A DNA stretch of 60,302 bases from Thiohalophilus sp. (lineage in GTDB: Bacteria; Pseudomonadota; Gammaproteobacteria; UBA6429; Thiohalophilaceae). The translations under genes were made by a program, and so were the position numbers. The notes beneath the pieces were generated by a model, which made no database searches, had not been told where the DNA came from, and worked only from the letters and a program-made list of their open reading frames with translations. Where the stretch lies: contig JBKGZJ010000001.1 in assembly GCA_046545635.1 (NCBI GenBank), positions 1 through 60,302 of the forward strand, given 5' to 3'. Positions 23,222 to 36,930 of this stretch are shown here, in pieces (within the stretch, counting starts at the first letter, position 1; every line of letters starts with the position of its first letter).

Positions 23222-25339
23222 ATGATAAACCAGAGTGGTTATGGAAGCAGAATCATTAACGTCACCGGCATGTTGTCGATGATGCTGTTAATGTTTCTGG
23301 CATCGACCCAGGCACAGGCGCAAAACAGCCTGAGCGATATAAGCTATTCGACCCTGCCTGGTGATAAGGTGCAGATCAAGCTGAAACTGGATCGACCACT
23401 GGAGTCTGAGCCGGCGAGCTTTACCATCGATAACCCGGCCCGCATCGCCTTCGATCTGCCTGATACCCGACTGGATCTTGATGAGCGCACCAAGGATATC
23501 GGGATTGGTGTGGCCCGCAGTGTTACGGCAGCAGAGGCCGGTGGTCGCGCCCGGGTCGTGCTGAATCTTTCCAGTCTGGTGGGATACAGCACCGCGGTGG
23601 AAGGCAATGATGTGGTTATCACCCTGAATGAAAGTGATGAAACCCGTTTCTCCCGTGCCGGCGAATCAGATCAGCGTGCCGGTGAATCAGATCAAAGAGA
23701 CACTCTGGACCAGGGTGCTTCGGTCAATGTGCTGGATCTTGATTTTCGTCGTGGTGACTCGGGCGAAGGGCGGGTGGAAATGACCCTGGCCGATCCCAAC
23801 ACTTCCGTGGATATGAAGCGGCGCGGCAGTCAGGTCGTGGTGACACTGAAAAACAGCGCCCTCAACGAAGAACTGGAGCGTCGGGTCGATGTGCAGGATT
23901 TTGCCACACCGGTCAGTACCGTGGATGCCTATAATCGGGGTAATGACGTGCGCGTGGTTATCAACGCAACGGATGAATTCGAGCATATTGCCTACCAGGC
24001 CGATCAGAAACTTACCATCGATGTAAAACCTCTTATCAAAGAGGAAGAAGACAGGTCACGCCAGCGGGAGGAATATACAGGTGAAAAACTGTCACTGAAT
24101 TTCCAGGATATCGAAGTACGGGCGGTGCTGCAGCTGATTGCCGACTTTACCGGCATCAATATGGTGACCAGTGATACTGTCTCGGGGAGTGTGACCCTGC
24201 GGCTGAAAAACGTGCCCTGGGACCAGGCACTGGATCTGATCCTCAAGACCAAGGGGCTGGACAAACGCCAGAATGGCAATGTGATGCTGGTTGCGCCGGC
24301 CGAGGAAATCGCGGCACGGGAGAAAATGGAACTGGAGGCCAACAAGCAGGTTGAGTCTCTGGCGCCACTGATTAACGAGACTATTCAGGTCAATTATGCG
24401 AAGGCATCAGAAGTGGCATCCTTGCTCAAGGAGAAAGGCAGTGAATTTCTCTCCGAGCGAGGCAACATAACTGTCGACGAACGGACTAATAAACTGTTGG
24501 TGCAGGAGACAGCCGAACGTATTGATGCGATCATTTCCCTGGTCGATGAGCTGGATGTGCCGGTGCGACAGGTATTGATTGAATCACGCATCGTGCTGGC
24601 GAGCACCAACTTCAGCAAGGAAGTCGGTGTCCGGTTCGGGGTTTCACGTAATTACGAAGGCTCTGATGGTCGTGAACGGGCAGCCTCCGGCAATTTGAAT
24701 GCCGTCGATCAGCTGATTAACGACGAGACCCTGACATCTCCGGATCGCTGGAACGTCAATTTACCGGCGGCAAGCTCTTCGGCCGGTACCATCGGCATGG
24801 CATTGGCAAGATTACCGTTCGGCACCCTGGTGGAGCTGGAGTTGTCCGCGGCCCAGGCCGAGGGTGAGACGGAAATTGTCTCCAGCCCGCGGGTCATTAC
24901 TGCCAATCAGCAGGAGGCCGTGATCGAATCGGGGCAGGAAATTCCCTATCAGGAGGCCAGTTCCAGCGGTGCCACCAGTGTTTCCTTCAAGAAGGCGGTG
25001 CTGAGTCTGAGCGTGACACCACAAATTACTCCGGATGATAGAGTTATCATGGACCTGGCGGTCACGAGTGATAATCCGGACTTCGGTAACCTGGTGCAGG
25101 GTGTGCCGCCAATCAATACCCAGAACGTTCAGACCCAGGTATTGATCAACAACGGGGAGACGATTGTACTGGGCGGGGTCTATGAGCAGACCAAGAGTAA
25201 CACCGTCAATCGCGTGCCTTTCTTCGCGGATCTGCCGATTGTCGGCGCCCTGTTCAGAAGCAAGTCCCAGGTGGATGAGAAGAGCGAACTGTTGATCTTT
25301 GTCACGCCGAAGATCATCAAGGATGAGATGCAAATCTAG
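23222..25339 (+). CDS. pilQ: Type IV pilus secretin PilQ
   Basis: AMIN domains, [32 protein letters not shown]. Confidence 0.97.
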   Translation: MINQSGYGSRIINVTGMLSMMLLMFLASTQAQAQNSLSDISYSTLPGDKVQIKLKLDRPLESEPASFTIDNPARIAFDLPDTRLDLDERTKDIGIGVARSVTAAEAGGRARVVLNLSSLVGYSTAVEGNDVVITLNESDETRFSRAGESDQRAGESDQRDTLDQGASVNVLDLDFRRGDSGEGRVEMTLADPNTSVDMKRRGSQVVVTLKNSALNEELERRVDVQDFATPVSTVDAYNRGNDVRVVINATDEFEHIAYQADQKLTIDVKPLIKEEEDRSRQREEYTGEKLSLNFQDIEVRAVLQLIADFTGINMVTSDTVSGSVTLRLKNVPWDQALDLILKTKGLDKRQNGNVMLVAPAEEIAAREKMELEANKQVESLAPLINETIQVNYAKASEVASLLKEKGSEFLSERGNITVDERTNKLLVQETAERIDAIISLVDELDVPVRQVLIESRIVLASTNFSKEVGVRFGVSRNYEGSDGRERAASGNLNAVDQLINDETLTSPDRWNVNLPAASSSAGTIGMALARLPFGTLVELELSAAQAEGETEIVSSPRVITANQQEAVIESGQEIPYQEASSSGATSVSFKKAVLSLSVTPQITPDDRVIMDLAVTSDNPDFGNLVQGVPPINTQNVQTQVLINNGETIVLGGVYEQTKSNTVNRVPFFADLPIVGALFRSKSQVDEKSELLIFVTPKIIKDEMQI
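23654..23695 (+). repeat. In-frame 21-bp tandem duplication in pilQ (RAGESDQ x2)
   Basis: CGTGCCGGCGAATCAGATCAG / CGTGCCGGTGAATCAGATCAA. Confidence 0.85.
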
Positions 25340-25395
25340 CCAGCCCGGTTGGTAGTGCTGCGAAGCACCACCGGCCGGATTGTCTTTCTGTATTC

Positions 25396-25908
25396 ATGTC
25401 TTCGGTTAATAATATCTTTCTCGTCGGATTGATGGGGGCGGGTAAAACCACCATCGGCCGCCAGCTTGCCCAGGATCTGGGCAAGGAGTTCATCGACAGC
25501 GATCACGAAATCGAGGCACGCACCGGGGTGAATATTCCGTTGATCTTCGAGCTTGAAGGGGAAGCGGGATTTCGGGAGCGTGAAGCGGCAATGCTCGATG
25601 AGCTGACCGGACGTGATAATGTGGTGCTGGCCACCGGCGGGGGTGCGGTACTTCGCGAGGAAAACCGCCGCCACCTGAAACAGCGCGGCACGGTGGTCTA
25701 TCTGCAGGCCAACGTTAAACAGTTGCTGGAGCGGACCCGCAAAGACAAGAATCGGCCCTTGCTGCAGACCGATGACCCCGAGGCCCGGCTGACCCGGTTG
25801 TTGCAGGAACGCGAACCGCTTTATCTCGAACTGGCGGACGTGGTGGTGAATACCGACCACGGTAATATCCGCAGCGTGGTCGATACAATTCTGGAAAAAC
25901 TTGCCTGA
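25396..25908 (+). CDS. aroK: Shikimate kinase
   Basis: [21 protein letters not shown]. Confidence 0.97.
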   Translation: MSSVNNIFLVGLMGAGKTTIGRQLAQDLGKEFIDSDHEIEARTGVNIPLIFELEGEAGFREREAAMLDELTGRDNVVLATGGGAVLREENRRHLKQRGTVVYLQANVKQLLERTRKDKNRPLLQTDDPEARLTRLLQEREPLYLELADVVVNTDHGNIRSVVDTILEKLA

Positions 25909-25978
25909 GCCGTTGCGTCTCGTGCGCTGTGCCGACTATCCTGTATAATCTGACAGTTACCGGCGCAATGAAGGCAAG

Positions 25979-27064
25979 ATGATTACTCTCAACGTCGATC
26001 TGGGCGAACGCAGTTACCCGATATTCATCGGCCGGCAGTTGCTGGGCGATGCCGGGCTGGTCAGATCCTGTATTGCCGGCACCCAGGTGATGATTGTCAC
26101 CAATGAAACGATTGCGCCGTTGTATCTCGACAAGGCTCTGCAGGCGTTTACTGACTACGAACCCGGCCACGTTATCCTGCCTGACGGCGAGCAATACAAA
26201 AATCTGGAGATTCTCAACCGGATCTTTGATGAACTGCTGGTGCGCCATTTTGATCGCCATTGCACCCTGGTGGCCCTGGGTGGCGGCGTCATTGGTGATA
26301 TGACCGGGTTTGCCGCCGCCTGTTATCAACGCGGCGTCGATTTTATCCAGATCCCCACCACCCTGCTGGCCCAGGTCGACTCCTCGGTAGGCGGCAAGAC
26401 CGGCGTCAATCATCCCCAGGGCAAGAACATGATCGGGGCGTTTCATCAGCCGCGCTGTGTGATCATCGATACCGATACCCTGAAAACACTGGATGATCGC
26501 CAGTTGAGCGCCGGCCTGGCGGAGATCATCAAGTATGGCCTGATTCGGGACAGCGACTTCATCGGCTGGCTGGAGCAGAATATGGACAAGCTGTTGGCGC
26601 GCGATCCGCAGGCGACAGCCTATGCCATCGAGACCTCCTGCCGCAGCAAGGCCGCCATCGTGGCCGCCGATGAAAAAGAGAGCGGCGTGCGGGCCCTGCT
26701 CAATCTCGGCCATACTTTCGGCCATGCCATTGAAACCGGGGCCGGCTACGGTCACTGGTTACATGGCGAGGCAGTAGGTACCGGAATGCTGATGGCGGCG
26801 GATCTCTCCATGCGCCAGGGCTGGTTATCGGAGCAGGATGTGCTGCGGGTGGAAAACCTGATCGACAAGGCGGAGCTGCCCACTCGCGCACCGCATAATA
26901 TGACCTATGAGCGGTTTATGGAGCTGATGGCCGTGGACAAAAAAGTCCGCGCCGGGCAGGTCAATCTGGTGCTGTTAAGATCACTGGGCGAGGCGGTTGT
27001 TACAGCCGATTTCGATCCCGCGCTGCTGCGCGAGACTGTCGAGGCCCATCGCGCCACGGAATAA
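25979..27064 (+). CDS. aroB: 3-dehydroquinate synthase
   Basis: [40 protein letters not shown]. Confidence 0.98.
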   Translation: MITLNVDLGERSYPIFIGRQLLGDAGLVRSCIAGTQVMIVTNETIAPLYLDKALQAFTDYEPGHVILPDGEQYKNLEILNRIFDELLVRHFDRHCTLVALGGGVIGDMTGFAAACYQRGVDFIQIPTTLLAQVDSSVGGKTGVNHPQGKNMIGAFHQPRCVIIDTDTLKTLDDRQLSAGLAEIIKYGLIRDSDFIGWLEQNMDKLLARDPQATAYAIETSCRSKAAIVAADEKESGVRALLNLGHTFGHAIETGAGYGHWLHGEAVGTGMLMAADLSMRQGWLSEQDVLRVENLIDKAELPTRAPHNMTYERFMELMAVDKKVRAGQVNLVLLRSLGEAVVTADFDPALLRETVEAHRATE

Positions 27065-27080
27065 ACAGGCGGTAAATCCT

Positions 27081-28232
27081 ATGCTAAGTCTTGCGCCCTA
27101 CGCCGCGAACGAGAAAAACAGTCTGGGGCGACGTATTCCCGAAGAAGTGCCCAGTTACCGCAGCGAGTTTCAGCGCGATCGGGATCGCATTGTTCACTCC
27201 GCCGCGTTTCGTCGCCTGGAATACAAAACCCAGGTGTTCGTCAATCACGAAGGAGATATGTTCCGTACCCGGCTGACCCACTCCATCGAAGTGGCGCAAA
27301 TCAGCCGCTCTATCGCCCGGATTCTCAATATAAATGAAGATCTGAGTGAGACCATCGCCCTGGCGCATGATCTGGGACACACTCCGTTTGGCCATGCCGG
27401 CCAGGATGCCCTGAACGGCTGCATGAAAGAATATGGCGGGTTCGAACACAATTTGCAGTCATTGCGTACGGTCGACAAACTGGAGCAGCGTTACGCGGAC
27501 TTCGAGGGGTTGAACCTGACGTTCGAGGCAAGGGAGGGTATTCTCAAACATTGTTCGCTCAAACATGCCCGGGAACTGGGTGAGGTGGGGCGCCGCTTTC
27601 TCGACAAGACCCAGCCTTCGCTGGAAGCCCAGGCAGTGAATCTGGCCGACGAGATTGCCTATAATAATCATGACGTGGACGACGGCCTGCGCTCGGGGCT
27701 GATTACCCTGGCGGAACTGGAAGAGATCGAGCTGTTTAATGATCAATATCGGGAGGTCAGGAATCGCTATCGGGAGCTGACCGACCGACGGCTCATCCAC
27801 GAGATTATCCGGCGTATGATCAACCGCCAGATCATCGATCTGGTAGAGACCAGTCAGGCGGCGATCCGGGCACTGGCGCCACAGAAGATTGAGGATGTCC
27901 GCCGGCACAGTCAGAGCCTGATTGGTTTCAGCGAGGAGATGCGCGCCGCCAATCTGGCGCTCAAACAGTTTTTGCGCAGTCGGCTCTATTCCCATTACCG
28001 GGTGCATCGGATGACCTCGAAGGCGCAACGGATTATCGAATCGCTGTTCAGTGCGTTTTTTCAGGATCCCGGGCTGTTGCAACCCAAGCATCAGCAGATG
28101 GTCTGCATGATGGAAGAAAAAGAAGGCCCCAATGGCCGCGCCCGCGCCGTTGCTGACTATATTGCCGGCATGACCGATCGCTACGCGATCGCCGAATACG
28201 GGCGTATTTTCGATCCGGCCGAATTAACCTGA
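27081..28232 (+). CDS. dgt: Deoxyguanosinetriphosphate triphosphohydrolase (HD family)
   Basis: [43 protein letters not shown]. Confidence 0.93.
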   Translation: MLSLAPYAANEKNSLGRRIPEEVPSYRSEFQRDRDRIVHSAAFRRLEYKTQVFVNHEGDMFRTRLTHSIEVAQISRSIARILNINEDLSETIALAHDLGHTPFGHAGQDALNGCMKEYGGFEHNLQSLRTVDKLEQRYADFEGLNLTFEAREGILKHCSLKHARELGEVGRRFLDKTQPSLEAQAVNLADEIAYNNHDVDDGLRSGLITLAELEEIELFNDQYREVRNRYRELTDRRLIHEIIRRMINRQIIDLVETSQAAIRALAPQKIEDVRRHSQSLIGFSEEMRAANLALKQFLRSRLYSHYRVHRMTSKAQRIIESLFSAFFQDPGLLQPKHQQMVCMMEEKEGPNGRARAVADYIAGMTDRYAIAEYGRIFDPAELT

Positions 28233-28257
28233 GCCGGTTTTGTGAGCACGCCTGTTC

Positions 28258-28515
28258 ATGCGTATCTATATGCAAATACCGGCCATGGAAGACAAGCCGC
28301 CGCGGTTTTACCAGCTCATGCTGCAAAAGGACCTGGTGGACGGCTGGAATCTGATCCGCAACTGGGGCGAGACCGGCAGCCGCGGACGGGTCAAGCAGGA
28401 TCATTACACTGATCTGGAACAGGCCCAGACAGCGCTGCTCAGGGTACGGGACATGCAGCTTGAGCGCGGTTACAAGGTGATGTTCATGCAGGGACAGGAA
28501 CTGCCGCATGAGTAA
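28258..28515 (+). CDS. Stand-alone WGR-domain protein
   Basis: RFYQL.LQ.DL..GW.LIR.WG..G..G and terminal RGY pattern. Confidence 0.8.
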   Translation: MRIYMQIPAMEDKPPRFYQLMLQKDLVDGWNLIRNWGETGSRGRVKQDHYTDLEQAQTALLRVRDMQLERGYKVMFMQGQELPHE

Positions 28516-30592
28516 TTACGACGACATCCCGACGCTTCGACACGAACCCGACTATCTGGCGGACTACGGTCTGCAGAGACCGCCTTTTTTTGCCGAGCAC
28601 GATGATCGCTTCATCTACCTGGACGACGAGCGCCGGCAATTGCTCGATATGCTGCAGCATCTGAGCCGTTACAGCCGGCTGATGCTGATCGTTGTCGGCG
28701 AGCGGGGCATCGGCAAGACCAGCATCAAACAGCATTTTATCAACCAGGCGGATGAGTGTTATCTGATCAGTGACGTCACGGCACATCCGATGATGGATGC
28801 CGACGAGCTGCTCTCAGCTATTGCCCGGGGCTTTGGTCTGCTCGATATTCCCGCCAGCCCGGTGGAATTGCAGAACAATCTGTATCATTATCTGGCCGGC
28901 CTGCAGCAGCAGGATCGGATGCCGGTGTTGCTGGTGGACGATGCCCATGAACTGCCCCGGGACGCCCTGGAAGCGCTGTTTTATCTTGCCGACACCGAAG
29001 CCGGCGAGGGCAATCTGTTGCCTTTGGTACTGTTCTGCGAGCCGGCGATCGAGGTGATGCTCGAGTCGTCCGCCATCCAGCCACTCAAGGAGCGGGTGAC
29101 CCACCACCTGCGCCTGGCCCCTTTTGATGAGGCGCAGACCGCCGAGTACCTTCGCCATCGTCTGGCCGTCGCCGGTCTGGATGGCGCCAGTCCCTTTACG
29201 CCCCGGGATATTCGCGCAATTTACCATAGTGCCGACGGTATACCGGCCCGGATCAATGATGCCGCCTATCGGCTGCTCATGGGTATAGAGATTGGGGAGC
29301 GGGCGGATTACGAGCCCGAGGGTGTGCCGGGTACAACCCGAAAGCGGGTATTGGGTCGTGGCTATCTTGCCGCCGGTGGTCTGGTGGTGTTGCTTGTCGC
29401 CGCGACGCTCTGGTGGCCGGATCCGCGGTCACCGGAGGACTCGTCGCACTCGCCGTCGATCAGCCATGGCGAACCGGCTGTCATGTCGCCATCGCAGGTG
29501 ATCGTGGCGCCCGCTCCCGGGCTGAGCGCTGCGCCCCTGGAGGCGGCAAGCGATCAGCCCGTGCCCGACGATCGGCTGTTGCCGGTCGAGCCGGAGGGGG
29601 AACCGGTGGCAGCATCGGCCCCCGCACTGCACATCGAGACGATCGAGCCCAATCCGGTCCCGGCCAGCGATGAGCTGCAGACGGTCAGTCTGCACGGCAA
29701 GGGGTTTGATGAGACCACCCGGATTACGGTCGAATGGGATAATCAGCGCAAGACGCTGGATACTTCCCGTGTCGCGCTGATCAACGACAAACAACTCGAT
29801 TTTCGTCTGCGCGTCGGGACGCGCCCCCGGACCTGGGAGCTGCTCGTGCGCAATCCACAAAGTGATGAGCGGGTCCGAACCCGTTTCACGGTAGAGGCCG
29901 AAGCAGCGGCAGAGTCTGGGCCTGAGCCCGCGCCGGCCTCTGCCGGGGAATCAGACGCGGCGGAGCAAACCATCGATATTGCCTGGCTACAGCGCCAGCC
30001 GGCCGATCACTACACGCTGCAACTGCTGGCAACCCGAGAACATGACAATCTGCAGGCCTTCCTGCAACGCCATGACCTGGACAGGCAAAGTGTGATTGTC
30101 GAAAGCCGCAAGAACGGTGAACCCTGGTATGCCGCGGTCTCTGGCAGTTACCCGGATACCAGGGCGGCCCGGCAGGCGGCGGCGGATCTGCCCGCTGACA
30201 TAGAGGCCCCGTGGATCCGGCGTATCGGGGACGTTCAGGCGAGCCTGGCTGACGAGCCGATTACCGACAGGCCGGCGCCTCGCAGCGCCAACTTGCGGGC
30301 GCAGACCGCCTGGTTGTGGGATCAGGATCCGGACGCCTATACCCTGCAGTTGATCGCCGGGGGCAATGAGCCGGCGATCCAGGAGTTTATCGATCACCAT
30401 GACCTGCGCGGCGAAGCTGTGTTTTATCAGACCCGGCGCAACGGCAACCCCTGGTTCGTGGTGGTACTGGGCCGGTATGCCGATCGCGAGACGGCGCTGG
30501 CGGCACGCGAGGCATTGCCGGCGGCGCTGCGCGAACAATCGCCGTGGCCCCGCGCCTTCGGTGATATTCATAGTGAACTCGCCGCACCCTGA
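28508..30592 (+). CDS. ExeA-like AAA domain + TM + two SPOR domains (DamX-like)
   Basis: Walker A GERGIGKT, Walker B LLVDDAH, TM helix, two YTLQL...WY/WF..G.Y...PW.R SPOR repeats. Confidence 0.85.
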   Translation: MSNYDDIPTLRHEPDYLADYGLQRPPFFAEHDDRFIYLDDERRQLLDMLQHLSRYSRLMLIVVGERGIGKTSIKQHFINQADECYLISDVTAHPMMDADELLSAIARGFGLLDIPASPVELQNNLYHYLAGLQQQDRMPVLLVDDAHELPRDALEALFYLADTEAGEGNLLPLVLFCEPAIEVMLESSAIQPLKERVTHHLRLAPFDEAQTAEYLRHRLAVAGLDGASPFTPRDIRAIYHSADGIPARINDAAYRLLMGIEIGERADYEPEGVPGTTRKRVLGRGYLAAGGLVVLLVAATLWWPDPRSPEDSSHSPSISHGEPAVMSPSQVIVAPAPGLSAAPLEAASDQPVPDDRLLPVEPEGEPVAASAPALHIETIEPNPVPASDELQTVSLHGKGFDETTRITVEWDNQRKTLDTSRVALINDKQLDFRLRVGTRPRTWELLVRNPQSDERVRTRFTVEAEAAAESGPEPAPASAGESDAAEQTIDIAWLQRQPADHYTLQLLATREHDNLQAFLQRHDLDRQSVIVESRKNGEPWYAAVSGSYPDTRAARQAAADLPADIEAPWIRRIGDVQASLADEPITDRPAPRSANLRAQTAWLWDQDPDAYTLQLIAGGNEPAIQEFIDHHDLRGEAVFYQTRRNGNPWFVVVLGRYADRETALAAREALPAALREQSPWPRAFGDIHSELAAP

Positions 30593-30779
30593 CGTCACCC
30601 GGGAATCCCGATAACCCTGTCGGTTCTCCTGCCATTCTCGCCTCAAAACATCAAGTAAAACAGCTCCTTACGGAGCATTGCAGGGGCCTGTAGCCTGGCT
30701 GTATACTTCTGGGCCATTTTGCCCGCGATCTGCGGGTAAAACCTCGAGTAACGGCAAGTATTCAGCGGTGGCGGTTCCA

Positions 30780-33700
30780 GTGACAGCAAGCAAACAGACA
30801 CAACGCCCGACCGGGCTCTATCAACCGAATTTTGAACGGGACAATTGCGGTTTCGGGCTGATCGCCCATATGGATGGCGAGGCCAGCCATTGGATCCTGG
30901 AGACCGCGATCGGCGCCCTGGCGCGGCTGACCCACCGCGGCGCGATTGCGGCCGACGGCAAGTCCGGCGACGGCTGCGGTCTGTTGTTGAAGCAGCCGGA
31001 AAGTTTTTTCCAGGCCATCGCCAAAGAGCAGGGTTTTACACTCAATGAACGCTTTGCCGTGGGCATGGTGTTTCTCAATACCGACAGTCAGCTGGCCGAG
31101 GCGGCGCGCAATACGCTGGTACGCGAGCTGGAACAGGAAGGGCTGGACGTGCTCGGCTGGCGCACGGTCCCGGTCAATCCCGAAGCCTGTGGCAAGGAAG
31201 CGCTGCGCACTCTGCCGACCATCGAGCAGCTGTTCATCAATGCGCCGGCGGCGATGGATGAAATCGAATTCGAACGCCACCTGTATATCGCCCGCCGGCG
31301 GACCGAAAAGGCGATCGAGCCGCAGGATGATACCTTTTATATTCCCAGTCTCTCCTCACGGGTGATCTCCTACAAGGGACTGGTGATGCCCGAATACCTG
31401 CCGGTGTTCTACGCGGATCTGAACGACTCGCGTATGGCCTCGGCCCTGGCCGTGTTCCATCAGCGCTTTTCCACCAATACCTGGCCCGAGTGGCGCCTGG
31501 CCCAGCCGTTCCGTTATCTGGCCCACAACGGCGAGATCAATACCCTGCAGGGTAACCGCAACTGGTCGGTGGCCCGCGGTCACAAGTTCGACAGCCCGCA
31601 TATCCCCATGGCGGACGTGCGCCCGCTGGTCTCCCCGTCGGGTTCCGATTCCAACAGCCTGGACAATATGCTCGAGGCGCTGCTGGCCGGGGGCATGGAC
31701 ATCTTCCGCGCCATGCGCCTGCTGATTCCGCCGGCCTGGCAGAACGTGGAAACCATGGACGCGGATCTGCGCGCCTTTTATGAATACAACTCCATGCACA
31801 TGGAGCCGTGGGACGGCCCGGCCGGTATCGTGCTGACCGACGGTCGCCATGCCGCCTGCAGCATGGATCGCAACGGCCTGCGTCCGGCCCGCTGGGTGAT
31901 TACCCGCGATCGGCATATTACCCTGGCCTCGGAAATCGGTGTGTATGACTACGCGCCCGAGGACGTGGTCGCCAAGGGCCGGCTCAAGCCCGGACAGATG
32001 CTGGCGGTGGATACCGACAGCGGAAAACTGCTGCTGCCGGAGGATATCGATCAACACCTGAAGAGCCGCCAGCCCTACAAGCAGTGGATGCGCGAGCATG
32101 CCCGGCGGCTCAAGTCCCAGTTGCAGGAAGAGAACAACGCCTGCCCCGTGGACGAGTCCATGATGGATGTGTACCAGAAGATGTTTCAGGTCACCTTCGA
32201 GGAGCGGGATCAGATCATTCGCGTGCTGGGCGAAGCCGGCCAGGAAGCGGTCGGCTCCATGGGTGATGACACGCCGTTCCCGGTGCTGTCGCGCATGGTG
32301 CGTTCGCCCTACGACAACTTCCGCCAGCAGTTTGCCCAGGTGACCAACCCGGCCATCGATCCGATTCGTGAGCAGATCGTCATGTCGCTGGAGACCTGTT
32401 TCGGCCCCGAGCGCAACATGTTCGAGGAAACCCCGCAGCATGCCGAACGGCTGCTGGTCGACTCGCCGGTGCTCTCGCACAGCAAGCTCACCCAGTTGCT
32501 GGAGATGGGGCAAAGCGAAAAGAATTACGCCAATCAGCTCATCGCGCTGAATTATCCCGAGGATATGGATCTCGAAGCGGCGATCCGCGATATCTGCGAT
32601 CAGGCCGTTAATGCCGTCCGGCAGGGCAAGGTGGTGCTGGTGTTAAGCGATCGCGAGATCAGCCGCGAGACCCGCCCGGTGCACGCGCTGCTTGCCACCG
32701 GCGCCGTGCATCATCGGCTGGTCCAGGAAGGCCTGCGTTGTGATGCCAATATTGTGGTGGAAACCGGCACGGCCCGGGATCCGCATCATTTCGCCGTGTT
32801 GATCGGCTATGGCGCCACGGCCGTTTATCCCTATCTGGCCTACGCCGCCCTGCGTGACATGCAGCGCAGTGGCGAGATCACCGATCCCAGTGCCGCCAAC
32901 CTCGATGCCAATTACCGCAAGGGCATCAACAAGGGGCTGTACAAGATCACTTCCAAGATGGGGATCTCCACCATTGCCAGTTATCGCGGTGCCCAGTTGT
33001 TCGAGTCGGTCGGCCTGCATCAGGATGTGGTGGATCTCTGCTTTAACGGCACCACCAACCGGATTCAGGGCATCGGTTTCAGTGATCTGCAGGAGGACCA
33101 GCGCCTGCTGTGCAAACTGGCCTGGAACAAACGCAAGCCGATCCAGCAGGGCGGCCTGCTCAAGTTTATTCACGGTGGCGAGGACCACGCCTACAATCCG
33201 GACGTGATCGGCACCCTGCAGGAGGCGGTCAAAAGCGGTGACTTTAACAAATGGAAGGAATACACCACGCTGGTCAATCACCGCCAGACACTGACCCTGC
33301 GCGATCTGCTCAGGTTGCGCGAGAGCGAGCAGCGCGTGCCGCTGGATGAAGTGGAGCCGATGGAAGAGATCGCCACCCGCTTTGATTCGGCCGCCATGTC
33401 GCTGGGCGCGCTCTCGCCCGAGGCCCATGAAACCCTGGCCGAGGCCATGAACCGCCTGGGCGCCCGCTCCAATTCGGGCGAAGGGGGCGAGGATCCCAAA
33501 CGTTACGGCACCAACAAGCGCTCCAAGATCAAACAGGTCGCCTCCGGCCGCTTCGGGGTTACCCCGGCCTATCTGCGTTCGGCGGAAGTCATGCAGATCA
33601 AGGTGGCCCAGGGAGCCAAGCCCGGCGAGGGCGGGCAGCTGCCCGGTCACAAGGTCGACGAGCTGATTGCCAGGCTGCGTTACTGCAAGCCCGGCGTGTC

Positions 33701-35255
33701 GCTGATCTCGCCGCCGCCACATCACGATATCTATTCCATCGAGGATCTGGCCCAGCTGATCTTCGATCTCAAGCAGGTCAATCCCGACGGTCTGGTCTCC
33801 GTCAAACTGGTCTCCGAAGCCGGTGTCGGTACCGTGGCCGCCGGGGTGGCCAAGGCCTATGCCGATCTGATCACTATCTCCGGCTATGACGGCGGCACCG
33901 GTGCCTCGCCGCTGACCTCGGTCAAGTATGCCGGCAGCCCGTGGGAACTGGGCCTGAGTGAAACCCATCAGATCCTGCGTGCCAACGATCTGCGCGACAA
34001 GGTGCGCCTGCAGACCGACGGCGGCCTGAAGACCGGCCTGGATGTGATCAAGGCGGCGATTCTCGGCGCGGAAAGCTTCGGCTTCGGTACCGGGCCGATG
34101 GTGGCCATGGGTTGCAAATACCTGCGCATCTGTCACCTGAACAACTGCGCCACCGGCGTGGCCACCCAGGACAAGGTGCTGCGCATGGATCACTATCGCG
34201 GTGAAGTGGAATGGGTCATGAACTACTTCCGTTTCATCGCCGAGGAAGTGCGCGAACTGCTCGCCTCATTGGGCCTGCGCAAGCTGACCGACGCGATCGG
34301 GCGCACCGATCTGCTCGAAGTCCTGGAAGGGGAGACCAGCAAACAGCGCGGTCTGGATCTCGGTGCGTTGCTCAGCGATGCCGGTGTCGCCACGGACAAG
34401 CCGCAGTGTTGTGTCAAACCGAGTAACGAGCCCTTCGACAAGGCGGAACTGGCCGAACAGATGGTCAGCGATTGCCTGCCGGCGATCGAAAACAAGGCCG
34501 GCGGCGAGTTCAGCTACAGGGTGCGGAACACCCACCGCTCCATCGGCGCCCGGCTGTCGGGCGAGATTGCGGTGCGCCACGGCGATCTGGGGATGGAAGA
34601 CAATCCCATCGTGCTGCGGCTCACCGGCACCGCCGGGCAGAGCTTCGGCGTCTGGAATGCCGGCGGTCTGCACATGTACCTGGAAGGTGATGCCAACGAT
34701 TACGTCGGCAAGGGCATGGCCGGCGGTAAACTGGTTCTCTATCCGCCGAAGGGCAGCAGTTTTGCCTCGCACGAGGCCACCATCATCGGCAACACCTGCC
34801 TGTACGGCGCCACCGGCGGCAAGCTCTACGCGGCCGGCACGGCCGGCGAACGCTTCGGCGTGCGTAACTCCGGCTGTCACGCGGTCGTCGAAGGCGTGGG
34901 CGATCACGGTTGTGAATACATGACCGGCGGGCATGTCACCGTACTGGGGCAGGCCGGACTCAACTTCGGTGCGGCCATGACCGGCGGCTTTGCCTATGTC
35001 TATGACGCGGATAACAGTTTCATCGATTGTGTCAGTCACGATGTCGACATTCAGCGCATCGTACCCGAGCACATGGAAGCCAACCGCAATCATCTGCGTG
35101 AAGTGATCGAGGAGTTCGTGCGCGAAACCGGCAGTCAACGTGGCCAGATGCTACTGGACAGCTTTGCCGATGAAGTGGGTCACTTCTGGCTGGTCAAACC
35201 GAAAGCGGCTTCGCTGGAGTCCTTGATGGACGATCTGCAGCGCCGCGCTGCGTAA
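30780..35255 (+). CDS. gltB: Glutamate synthase large subunit
   Basis: [40 protein letters not shown]; GTG start assumed. Confidence 0.98.
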   Translation: MTASKQTQRPTGLYQPNFERDNCGFGLIAHMDGEASHWILETAIGALARLTHRGAIAADGKSGDGCGLLLKQPESFFQAIAKEQGFTLNERFAVGMVFLNTDSQLAEAARNTLVRELEQEGLDVLGWRTVPVNPEACGKEALRTLPTIEQLFINAPAAMDEIEFERHLYIARRRTEKAIEPQDDTFYIPSLSSRVISYKGLVMPEYLPVFYADLNDSRMASALAVFHQRFSTNTWPEWRLAQPFRYLAHNGEINTLQGNRNWSVARGHKFDSPHIPMADVRPLVSPSGSDSNSLDNMLEALLAGGMDIFRAMRLLIPPAWQNVETMDADLRAFYEYNSMHMEPWDGPAGIVLTDGRHAACSMDRNGLRPARWVITRDRHITLASEIGVYDYAPEDVVAKGRLKPGQMLAVDTDSGKLLLPEDIDQHLKSRQPYKQWMREHARRLKSQLQEENNACPVDESMMDVYQKMFQVTFEERDQIIRVLGEAGQEAVGSMGDDTPFPVLSRMVRSPYDNFRQQFAQVTNPAIDPIREQIVMSLETCFGPERNMFEETPQHAERLLVDSPVLSHSKLTQLLEMGQSEKNYANQLIALNYPEDMDLEAAIRDICDQAVNAVRQGKVVLVLSDREISRETRPVHALLATGAVHHRLVQEGLRCDANIVVETGTARDPHHFAVLIGYGATAVYPYLAYAALRDMQRSGEITDPSAANLDANYRKGINKGLYKITSKMGISTIASYRGAQLFESVGLHQDVVDLCFNGTTNRIQGIGFSDLQEDQRLLCKLAWNKRKPIQQGGLLKFIHGGEDHAYNPDVIGTLQEAVKSGDFNKWKEYTTLVNHRQTLTLRDLLRLRESEQRVPLDEVEPMEEIATRFDSAAMSLGALSPEAHETLAEAMNRLGARSNSGEGGEDPKRYGTNKRSKIKQVASGRFGVTPAYLRSAEVMQIKVAQGAKPGEGGQLPGHKVDELIARLRYCKPGVSLISPPPHHDIYSIEDLAQLIFDLKQVNPDGLVSVKLVSEAGVGTVAAGVAKAYADLITISGYDGGTGASPLTSVKYAGSPWELGLSETHQILRANDLRDKVRLQTDGGLKTGLDVIKAAILGAESFGFGTGPMVAMGCKYLRICHLNNCATGVATQDKVLRMDHYRGEVEWVMNYFRFIAEEVRELLASLGLRKLTDAIGRTDLLEVLEGETSKQRGLDLGALLSDAGVATDKPQCCVKPSNEPFDKAELAEQMVSDCLPAIENKAGGEFSYRVRNTHRSIGARLSGEIAVRHGDLGMEDNPIVLRLTGTAGQSFGVWNAGGLHMYLEGDANDYVGKGMAGGKLVLYPPKGSSFASHEATIIGNTCLYGATGGKLYAAGTAGERFGVRNSGCHAVVEGVGDHGCEYMTGGHVTVLGQAGLNFGAAMTGGFAYVYDADNSFIDCVSHDVDIQRIVPEHMEANRNHLREVIEEFVRETGSQRGQMLLDSFADEVGHFWLVKPKAASLESLMDDLQRRAA

Positions 35256-35263
35256 TTCTTTAA

Positions 35264-36733
<1,470 letters not shown>

Positions 36734-36739
36734 ATAATT

Positions 36740-36900
36740 AACGCAGAGGACGCGGAGGCGCAGAGGCGCGGAGATGTAATTTTTAATGTTGAATTTTAAA
36801 TTTTGAATTGCGGTGTCTGCATTTAATTCAAAATTCAATATTAAAAACTCAAAATTGCCTTACGTCCTCTGCGTCTTTGCGCCTCTGCGTTCTCCGCGTT
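36740..36900. repeat. Composite element: CGCRGAG-family arms enclosing an AATTTTR heptamer inverted repeat (copy 3)
   Basis: Outer arms 36740-36773 and 36867-36900; inner arms 36778-36809 and 36825-36856. Confidence 0.92.
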
Positions 36901-36930
36901 TGAGTCGTCGATCATAAAAAGTGGACAAGA

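Noticed and set aside
27081-28232. dGTPase as an antiphage defence system
   Set aside because: It sits in a housekeeping position after aroB with host-like composition and no defence-island neighbours.
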